Below are positions 1-9,300 of a stretch of 32,000 nucleotides of DNA, one piece after another; the first letter of the stretch is position 1; every line of letters begins with the position of its first letter. Both the position numbers and the translations under genes were made by a program. The stretch comes from Geotalea uraniireducens Rf4 (GTDB lineage: Bacteria; Desulfobacterota; Desulfuromonadia; Geobacterales; Geobacteraceae). Under the pieces are notes generated by a model. It did no database searches. It was not told where the DNA came from and saw only the letters and a list, made by a program, of their open reading frames with translations. The stretch is from NCBI RefSeq assembly GCF_000016745.1, contig NC_009483.1, forward strand, positions 2,940,001 through 2,972,000. The letters are read 5' to 3'.

Positions 1-2
1 CC

Positions 3-1097
3 GGCATGTCCACCGTCAAATCATTGCAGATGGAACCGGTGCTGGAGAAGCGCTACGGCGACTACATGGCCTCTTATCTGGCAGCAGGGTTCTCCACCCG
101 CCAGCTCTCCAACACCTACAATGTAATAGCCAATGCCCTCGAACAATTGATGACCTTCTCCATCCTGATCGTTGGGGCCTTGCTGGTCATGAAAAACGAC
201 GGCTTCACCATCGGTCGACTGGTCGCCTTCCAGATGTTTGCCGGCCGGATGAGTCAGCCGATGCTGCGGCTGGTGGGGTTATGGCAGGAGTTCCAGCAGG
301 CTAATATTGCGGTCAAGCGCCTGGGTGACATCATGGATATGCCGATGGAACCCTATGCCCTGGTTCCAACAAGGAGCTCCTCCAGCCAGGGCGGCGTGGT
401 TGAACTGGCGGACTTAAGCTTTCGCTATTCGGAACAGCATCCCTTTCTCTACCGCAACCTCAACCTCACCTTCAAGGCAGGCCACCTGAGCCTGCTGATG
501 GGGCCATCCGGCTGCGGCAAGAGCACCCTGGCCAAACTGCTGCAAGGCTTTTACCTCCCCACCGACGGCCAGATCAGGATCGACGGCCGGGATATCCGCC
601 ACATGTCGGCCAATGAATTGCGCTCCATTTTTGGCGTCGTCCCCCAGGAAACGGTCCTCTTCTCCGGCACCATCTACGAAAACCTGAACCACGCCAACCC
701 CCATGCCACCTTCCAGGACATCGTCACCGCCTGCCGCCAGGCCGAGATCCATAGCGTGATTGAAGGGCTCCCGCAAGGCTACCAAACGGAAATCGGCGAA
801 CAGGGTGTAGGGCTCTCTGGCGGACAACGGCAGCGGGTTGCCATCGCCCGGGCACTGCTCAAGCGCCCCCGCATCCTCATCTTCGATGAAGCCACCTCCA
901 ACCTGGATCAGCAGACCGCCGAGCACTTTGCCGCAACGGTCAACCAGCTGAAGGGAAAGGTATCGATGATTTTCATCACCCATCAACTGCCCAAGGGGCT
1001 GCAGGTGGATGATGTGTTCAGGTTTGGTCAGCAGCAGAGCCAGCCGCAGATGATGGAGGTGGTTGGGGAGGAGAAGCGGGATGGGGGAGATGAGTGA
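3..1097 (+). CDS. Type I secretion ABC transporter permease/ATPase (HlyB family), 5'-truncated by the window edge
   Basis: Walker [13 protein letters not shown] signature LSGGQRQRVAIARAL, Walker B ILIFDEATSNLD and H-loop ITHQL follow a hydrophobic TMD segment. The frame is open back to position 3. An HlyD gene and an RTX substrate lie in the same locus. Confidence 0.9.
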   Translation, partial: GMSTVKSLQMEPVLEKRYGDYMASYLAAGFSTRQLSNTYNVIANALEQLMTFSILIVGALLVMKNDGFTIGRLVAFQMFAGRMSQPMLRLVGLWQEFQQANIAVKRLGDIMDMPMEPYALVPTRSSSSQGGVVELADLSFRYSEQHPFLYRNLNLTFKAGHLSLLMGPSGCGKSTLAKLLQGFYLPTDGQIRIDGRDIRHMSANELRSIFGVVPQETVLFSGTIYENLNHANPHATFQDIVTACRQAEIHSVIEGLPQGYQTEIGEQGVGLSGGQRQRVAIARALLKRPRILIFDEATSNLDQQTAEHFAATVNQLKGKVSMIFITHQLPKGLQVDDVFRFGQQQSQPQMMEVVGEEKRDGGDE

Positions 1098-1134
1098 GGC
1101 AGTTTCTCTGCAATGATATGAAAAGGAGAAATGA

Positions 1135-1581
1135 ATGTACAAAAAGAAAATCATTTCAATCGCATTTTTTGTCTTGTTCCTTATGTCTTCATACTTCTGT
1201 TTTGCCACCGAAAATGAGTACGTGACTGAATGGATGCCGAGTCGCCAATTTCAGTCTACCTTCGACAGAATGGCAGATAATCGATTCTATACACATTTTG
1301 TGGAGGGAAGAACAATGAATGGAGCAATTCAATACCGTGCAGAGTTCCGGCCATTATTCAAGGAAATGAAAAGATGGTATTCGTTCCATGGGATGTCGGA
1401 TGAGTGGTATGCAAGGCGAAAGGCGGCTTTTGAAAAGGGAGGATTTAAGGAACTATATCACAACTTTTTCCTCGATTTTTCAGGGCAGCATGTTCATCAG
1501 GCATGCTGGGTCGAGCTTTTCGAATCTGCCGAGACACCTCCCCTGGAAAAGAAAGGCGTAAAGCCGTTGATATCATTCTAA
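1135..1581 (+). CDS. Hypothetical exported protein (148 aa)
   Basis: AAGGAG Shine-Dalgarno 5 nt upstream of the ATG. N-terminal signal-peptide-like segment KKKIISIAFFVLFLMSSYFCFA. No family recognised. AT-richer than neighbouring genes. Confidence 0.55.
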   Translation: MYKKKIISIAFFVLFLMSSYFCFATENEYVTEWMPSRQFQSTFDRMADNRFYTHFVEGRTMNGAIQYRAEFRPLFKEMKRWYSFHGMSDEWYARRKAAFEKGGFKELYHNFFLDFSGQHVHQACWVELFESAETPPLEKKGVKPLISF

Positions 1582-1599
1582 ACGGAAAGGAACTCTATA

Positions 1600-2250
1600 A
1601 TGTACATTCAGGTAACCACAAAATGCAATATGCGCTGCGGTCATTGCTGTTATGCCTGTGAACCAGGCAAGGGCGAACATATGCCATTCGAGGTAATTGC
1701 GGAGGTTCTTGCACGATGGGGAAAGAAAATTCTTGATGACAATCAATGGATTGTTATCGGTGGAGGTGAACCAACCTTGCACCCTGATTTTTGGAAAATC
1801 ATAAGCCATGCGCTTTCCTATGGACCTGTTTGGGTTGCTACCAATGGTTCCAATACGGAAGACGCCCTTACGTTGTGCAGAATGGCGAAGCGGGGGGTCC
1901 TTCGGGGGGTATTGAGCCGCGACAAGTGGCATGAACCAATTGATCCCGTTGTTGTCGAAACATTCATGGCTGGTTTGGTTGAACAAGAGTTCGGTTACTG
2001 GACTAATGATCCGAAAAGCTTTGATAGTCGGGAAATCAGGACAGTTAAGAACCCCTATATTGGAGGGCATGCCAAGGCAGGTTTGGGCGGTTGTCCATGT
2101 CGAGGTGTGCATATAAAGCCGGACGGCAACATTTATTCGTGTGGGTGTGAGACAGCGGTTCAGATTGGCACGGTCACAGATGGAATCGCTGAGAAGTATC
2201 AGTGCGTAAGTCTTTATGATGGTTGTTATAAAGAATGGATTGGCAATTAG
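1600..2250 (+). CDS. Small radical SAM enzyme (216 aa) with a C-terminal Cys-rich auxiliary-cluster-like motif
   Basis: CX3CX2C motif at residues 9-16 (CNMRCGHC). GGEPTLHP SAM-binding motif. C-terminal GGCPCRG...YSCGCE cysteine cluster resembling a SPASM/twitch-type motif. Confidence 0.85.
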   Translation: MYIQVTTKCNMRCGHCCYACEPGKGEHMPFEVIAEVLARWGKKILDDNQWIVIGGGEPTLHPDFWKIISHALSYGPVWVATNGSNTEDALTLCRMAKRGVLRGVLSRDKWHEPIDPVVVETFMAGLVEQEFGYWTNDPKSFDSREIRTVKNPYIGGHAKAGLGGCPCRGVHIKPDGNIYSCGCETAVQIGTVTDGIAEKYQCVSLYDGCYKEWIGN

Positions 2251-2306
2251 TGACTATGATTTCTGATACTGCATTGCTTTATCTGTGATCCGTAAGGAGG
2301 TTAAAA

Positions 2307-2876
2307 ATGAAAATTCGAATTAAGTTGATCAGTTACATTGTTATACTGCTTGTTTGTTATGTTAGCTCTTTATCAGTATTTGGCGATCAAGCAAACCCAA
2401 ATCATGGGAAAACGCAGAGTTATCCTTTGACTCCTGAGGGTGTTGTAGAGGCTTACTGCCTTGAATCTTTCAATGGAGCAGGATTGAGTTCAGATACTTG
2501 GGTGAAAATACAAAAATACACCGTATGGGAAGATGGCCCTGGATGGGATACAGCTGTCGTGGTTTCAAATTACAAAATAACAAAAATAAGAGAGTCTTCG
2601 AATACAGCCGAAATAAAAGTTGAATATGAAATTATTGCTGATCTTCCAGCAGATATAAGAGGGTTTAAATTGACAACCGATAGGTTGTCAGTGGCTTTCC
2701 TGTATAAATTGATTAAACAAGAAGGTCACTGGAAAATAAAATCACCCCAGGAGCCACCTCACATTTCAATATCAGCCACAATAGATAAGTTGAATAACTA
2801 TATTTCAGTAAAAAGAGATGCTAGAACAATTAATAATATTAGATCAATTATATATTATCTAAACAATAAAAAATAA
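2307..2876 (+). CDS. Hypothetical exported protein (189 aa), very AT-rich
   Basis: AAGGAGG Shine-Dalgarno. N-terminal hydrophobic signal segment LISYIVILLVCYVSSLSVFG. No family recognised. Lies immediately upstream of the NlpC/P60-like head of the giant gene. Confidence 0.55.
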   Translation: MKIRIKLISYIVILLVCYVSSLSVFGDQANPNHGKTQSYPLTPEGVVEAYCLESFNGAGLSSDTWVKIQKYTVWEDGPGWDTAVVVSNYKITKIRESSNTAEIKVEYEIIADLPADIRGFKLTTDRLSVAFLYKLIKQEGHWKIKSPQEPPHISISATIDKLNNYISVKRDARTINNIRSIIYYLNNKK

Positions 2877-2900
2877 CTTTGACAATAGGAGATTTTACTT

Positions 2901-3320
2901 ATGGGCAATAATGTAATAATCAATGCTAAAAATAAATATGGTAATGGTGGTTATGATTATGGTTATGGTGGTAATGGGACAAAAGATACTGATCGTAATG
3001 GAAAATTGGATATAGATTGTTCTCACTTGGTAAACGATGCACTCCAACAGTCTGGATATGATATACCGTATATGACAACCGGCGAAATGAGGGGATCAAA
3101 AGGAAATAAATATTTTGATAACGTGTCCCCCGATGATGTTAGACCGGGTGATATTATCGTTTTTAAAGGGCATACCGGAGTTGTTGAAAGTTATGACCCT
3201 GAAACAAATACCGGAAAGTTCTTTGGGTCTCAGTCCAAAGGGCCAGCAACAACAGAATTTGGCACGGATACAATAAAAGGGTGGGATAAACCATTTAAGA
3301 TTCTGCGACCAAAAGGAGAT
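2901..3320 (+). other. NlpC/P60-like (papain-fold) cysteine peptidase/amidase domain of the giant protein
   Basis: DCSHLV motif (Cys40) and PGDIIVFKGHTGVV (His91) match the NlpC/P60 Cys-His arrangement (DCSG[FL]V ... GD[LI]VFF..HVGIY). Not verified with an HMM. Confidence 0.65.
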
Positions 3321-6300
3321 GATCCTGATCCTGGTCCTGGTCCTGGTCCTGGTCCTGGTCCTGGTCCTGGTCCTGGTCCTGGTCCTGGTCCTGGTCCTGG
3401 TCCTGGTCCTGGTCCTGGTCCTGGTCCTGGTCCTGGTCCTGGTCCTGGTCCTGGTCCTGGTCCTGGTCCTGGTCCTGGTCCTGGTCCTGGTCCTGGTCCT
3501 GGTCCTGGTCCTGGTCCTGGCCCTGGTCCGAGTCCGGGTCCAAGACCGCGTCCGACCCCAGGCCCGACCCCGGGTCCGAGTATACCCAATAATTATCAGC
3601 CACCCCGTGATCCACTGGTTGTTGACCTGGACCGCGATGGTGTTGAAACGGTCGGCATAGGCTCCCGTGTCATGTTCGATCATAACAACGATCGAATTGC
3701 TACCACTACCGGCTGGATCAAGTCCGATGACGGCCTTCTTGCGCGTGATATCAACGGCAACGGTAAAATCGATTCCGGACTAGAGTTGTTTGGTGACCAG
3801 ACGAAGCTGAGTAATGGTCTTACTGCCTCTAACGGCTTCAGCGCCCTGAGGGATCTGGATGCCAATAACGACGGTAAATTCGACCCCAACGATCCAGCCT
3901 TCGGCGAACTCAGAATCTGGCGCGACCTCAACCAGGACGGCAATTCCCAGGCAGAAGAACTTACCACCCTCTCAGACGCAGGTGTTGCCTATATCGACCT
4001 AGCGGCTGTCAACCGCAATGTCTGGCAGAACGGGAACACCATAGCATCAGAGAGTACACTTACTAAGGAAGACGGCTCTACCGCTACAATAGCAGAGGTG
4101 AACCTTGCCAACAATCCCGCGGACAGCCGTTTTGTCGATACAGTGACAGTTTCTGATGCTGCCATGGCACTTCCGGCACTGCAAGGTTCCGGTAAAGTGC
4201 GTGACCTGCAAGAGGCTGCAACCCTCTCTCCCGCTCTCCAGGAAGTGTTGACACGCTACAGCGCAGCTACGACACGAGCGGAGCAGTTGGCGTTGCTGGA
4301 CGAGCTTCTCCTTACCTGGGCCGATACTTCCGGTATGTCCAAATCCCTTGAGGAACGTGATCCTGCAGCATACAGGGTTGAATATCTGTCATTCGGAAAT
4401 ATACGCAGGAGCGACCATCTGGTTAAAAATACCGCAGGTGGGATTACCTCTGGAACAGTACAAAACGCCGCTGACCCCCTTATCGATGAAACGTATCGCG
4501 GACTGATCGATACCTGGAATAACCGGATTCATATCCTAGAGTCTTTCTATGGCAGCTATTTCTTTGCTGTGCCCGGACAAGCACAGGAAGGAAGCGGCGC
4601 AAGAACCGGTATGTGGGTAGATTACACTGGTAGCACGGCCCTAAATGCTGCGAACAAAAACAAACCTGCCCTAGCGATCAACTATGCGCAGCCTCAACTC
4701 GATATGCTGGGCCAGGATTATCAAGCACTCAGGCAAACGGTGTACGATGGTCTCATTTTACAAACCCGTATGAGAATGTATCTCGAAATTATTGACACTA
4801 CCACAACCTATACTGATACCTATTCGGACATTGACATCTATGATGATTCCTACACTTATACCAATACTTATTCCGGCTCAGATCCAGACATCAAACCAGA
4901 AACCGCGATCGGTTACACTTTCGATGTGACCCGCCTTACCCAAGCATTCGTGGATAAAATTGATGCCGATCCGATTAACGGCATTACCGACCTTATAGAA
5001 TTCAACAGATGCACTAAGGGTCTTCTTGCCGATACCCCGTGGGACGGCGCAACCCTTCTGGAAAATAAGATTCGTTCGCTGCCCATAACGCCGGAACTCC
5101 AGGCCCTCTATCAGGAGTTCAATGTACGGTTCAACGGTATCCAAGGGGGAAACGGCGACGACATTATTCTAGGTGACGATCAGAGTCGCACCATTTACGG
5201 CGGCAACGGCAATGACACGCTCTTTGGAGGAGGCGGAAACGAGATGCTGGTTGGCGGAAACGACAACGATATCATTTCCGGCGGGGCGGGGGACGACCAA
5301 CTTAGGGGCGAGGCGGGTGATGACCAGTACATCTTCGGACGGGGAAGCGGAAATGACAACATAGTCGACGGTCAGGGACGCAACAGTATCCTTTTCTCCG
5401 GCCTCAATCCGGGCGATATCACCGTAACCACACCGAACAGCTATAACGATGACTTCGTCTTTAGCATTAAGGACACGGGAGAAACTCTGCATATTGCAGG
5501 AGGGTGGAACTGGTATTGGTACGAAAATACTTCCATTAACCGCTTCATTTTCGCCGATGGGACGGTCTGGAACAAAGAGAACGCCATTAATGCGGCGACG
5601 TCCTATCCAACGGAAGGCGATGACCTGATCATTGGCAGCCGCCTGACCGATTCTATTGATGGGTTAGGTGGGAATGATACGATAATCGGTCGCAGCGGGG
5701 ATGACGTCATTGACGGGGGCGCCGGCGACGATCTTCTCATCGGTTCCGCTTATGCCTACAACGATTATTATACAGGAGCGCAGCGAATAAATGCCACCGT
5801 CGTCGAGGCCAACGGCAACGACATCTACTATTTCGGCCGCGGCTCCGGCCGCGATACCATTATCGACGGCGACGATACCCAAAACACAGATCGACTCAGG
5901 TTCTTTGAGGACGTTGCTCCCTCTGACATCGCCGTTAGCCGCAATAACGACGACCTGATCCTCACCATCAAGGACACCGGCGACAGCGTCACCATCCGCA
6001 ATCACTTTCTGGAAAATTACCCCGGCGCACCCGAGCATCACGACTACGAGGTGGAATTAATCGAATTCGCCGACGGAACCAAGTGGACCTGGAACACCCT
6101 CCGCGACATGCTGCTGACCGGAACGGACGGCGCGGACACCATTATCGGCTACCGCCAGGACGACGCCATCAGCGGTGGCGCGGGGAACGATTACATCGAC
6201 GCCCGAAGCGGCAACGACGTGATCTCCGGTGGTGACGGCAACGATACCATCTCTGCCGGGCTGGGGGACGACATCATAGACGGCGGCACGGGCGATGACA

Positions 6301-9300
6301 CCATCTACGGCACGGACAGCCATTACTACGATGTTGCCTACGATGCACCGCGAAACGATAACGACACCTACCTGTTCGGTTGGGGCGACGGCCACGACAC
6401 CATTTACAACCGGAACGAGAGCCTGATCAGCAGCGACACAATCAGGTTCAAGGATGGGATCACTGCGAGCGACGTCAGGTTCGAGGGGGTCCTGGGCTAC
6501 AACGAGGACCTGCGCATCGTTCTGGGCGACGGTACAGACAGCATCACGGTGAAGAATTGGTTCGCCAGCGCTTATTACCAGATAGCTCGCATGGAGTTCA
6601 GCGACGGGACGGTGCTGGATGCGGCCTATGTAGCAAGCCACCTGGTCAAGGAGGGTACGGCGGGTAACGACGTCATCTTGGGAAGCCGCCAGAGCGAGAC
6701 CATTTCCGGCTACGCTGGCGACGACACGCTTTACGGCGGGGATGGCAACGACCGACTGGACGGGGGGTCCGGCAATGACATGCTCGCTGGCGGCTACGGC
6801 AACGACACTTACCTCTTCGGTCGCGGCGATGGCCACGATACGGCCTATGAAGGATTCGGCAACGGTTACTATTGGGTCAACTCACCCGATGACGCGATAG
6901 AGTTCAAGGCCGATGTGCTACCGGAAGATGTGATCGTCCGGCGTTTGGGCAACGACATGCTGCTTACCATCAAGGGGAGCGATGATCAACTGACGGTCAA
7001 GGACACCTTCAATGACTATAACGAGAGCAATCGCATCGAACAGGCGCGCTTCGCAGACGGAACGATCTGGGATTATACAACCCTCCTGACACTGGCCCTG
7101 CAAGGGACATCCGACGACGATATCCTGGAGGGCGGAGCGGGGAACGATGTGCTGGATGGAGGGGCCGGAAACGATCTCCTGAGGGGCAGGGATGGAGGGG
7201 ATACCTATCGCTTCGGTCGTGGCTATGGCAACGACGTGATCGAGGAGAGCGGCTGGGGTGGAGTCGATACAGTCGAGTTCCAGGCCGGCATTATCCCGAG
7301 CGATCTCACATTTACTATCGATACGAACGGTGCTCTGTTGATCACCATTAAAGGGAGCGGAGACAGCCTTCGGTTGAGCAACGGCACATATAATATCGAA
7401 CGTTATGTCTTCAGTAACGGAACCACTCTCACTTCGGCCGACATAAACAGGCTGGCTGCCACCCTCCCCAGCGCCGAAAGTATCGTCGGCACAGCAGGGG
7501 ACGACATCTTGGTGGGGAGTGACATCAACAGCACCATCCTTGGGCTTGAAGGCAACGATGTGCTGAGCGGGGCTGACGGCGACGATTGGCTGGAGGGAGC
7601 TGCCGGCAACGATACGCTGGCGGGTAACATGGGTGACGACAATCTCTACGGCGGCGACGGGGACGACGTCCTGAATGGTGGAAGTGGACGCGACTATATC
7701 GAAGCCGGCAACGGCGCAAACGTTATCCGTTTCGAGCAGGGGAGCGGTGTTGACTTTGTCCGGACGCGGCTGGCCGACGGCCAGGCCGATACCATTGAGT
7801 TCGGCGCAGGGATTACCTCGGCCGACCTCCAGGTGCAACTGGGGAATCAACGTTATTGGGATATCCAGCCTGGTGACAGCGGTTATGCGACACTGGTTGT
7901 AGGAACTGGTGACGACGCCTTCCGGATCGAGGTCGACGGCTGGTCCACCGATATCTCCCGTTCCTCTGTCCAGCGGTTCCGCTTCAACGATGGGACCGAG
8001 CTGTCGCTAGAGCAGGTCATAGCCATGAACGACGGCGGTATTGCAGGGTGGCAGTCCGGTTTCGACGGCGACGACATCCTGGTGGGAAGCAATGCGGATG
8101 ATGACATCAACGGCTATGACGGCAACGATGCCATCCGAGCCCGCGCCGGCAACGATTATCTAAATGGTGGCGCCGGCAGCGACCTGATGGACGGCGGCAG
8201 CGGCAACGATTACTTCTATGCCGGTTCAGGGAGCGACGTGCTGGCGGGCGGTAGAGGGGATGATACCCTTATCGGGTCTTCAGGGGAAGATACCTACCTC
8301 TTCAACCTTGGTGACGGCAACGATATCGTCGAAGACAACTGGGACGGCGGCAGAAAGACTATATCCTTTGGTGTGGGGATCGTTCCCGATGCTGTTTCTG
8401 CCATGATGGACGAATATGGCAACCTGCGGCTTTTGGTTGATGGCGGCGTCGGAGGCAGCCTCACGCTGTTACGCTGGTTCCAGCAGGACCGACTCACTAT
8501 GCAGGAACCGCTGACAGTCGAAAGGGTGCAATTCGTGGCCGCCGACGGCAGTGTCAGGATATACGACCTGGCAGGACTTGTGCGGGGTGTGGCCCCCTTG
8601 CTGTCTTCATCCACCTTTACCTCGCCGGTTGCTCTGTTCGCCGATGCGGCCTCCAACGACATTACCCTCGCGGCTCTGCCGGCAGATGGTGACGCGGCGG
8701 TGGCCTATGCCCAGAGCGGCAACCTGTTCGGCACAGCCTCCTATGGTGCCTCATCTGTCCCAACCGACGGCGACGACAGGCTCATGGGGACCGAGTGGGG
8801 CGACAGCCTGGAGGGCGGAGCTGGGAATGATCTTGTCTACGGCCTCGATGGTGATGACTACCTGGATGGCGGCAGTGGCCATGACCGGATAGATGCCGGA
8901 GCGGGCAATGATGCCATTTATGGAGGCAGCGGCAATGATCTGATCATGGCCGGAGAGGGCGATGATTTCGTCCATGCCGGGACAGGCAATGACATCGCCT
9001 ACGGGGGCCTGGGGAACGATACCTTTGTCTTCAACGCCGGCGACGGCCTTTTGACCATCGAGCAGGATTACATGGAGTATGCCGGCGGGGGTGAGTACGG
9101 TGGCGATTTGCCCATGTTTGCGAGTTTTGCTAGCTATGGGGGAGACTACGGCGGCGGTTATGGTGGCGGCACAGAGAGCAACGTGCTCAGCTTCGGGGTA
9201 GGTATTACCCTTTCCGATCTCAGGTTCTCCGAACGGGACGGCTATCTGATCATCGACATCCCCTCCACCGGAGACCAGGTGAGGCTTGCGGGTTACAATC

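Noticed and set aside
414-2112. Antisense ORFs 414-1208 (over the ABC gene) and 1573-2112 (over the radical SAM gene)
   Set aside because: The sense-strand genes carry unambiguous Walker/ABC and CX3CX2C motifs. The antisense translations have none.
3096-3683. Four ORFs reading the microsatellite in other frames or on the other strand: the (TR)n ORF at 3096-3683, the antisense (GP)n ORF at 3230-3589, the (QD)n ORF at 3295-3615 and the (LV)n ORF at 3319-3660
   Set aside because: They are automatic by-products of a perfect 6-nt repeat being open in all frames. They lie entirely inside the 3598-aa CDS and have no start context or non-repeat domains.
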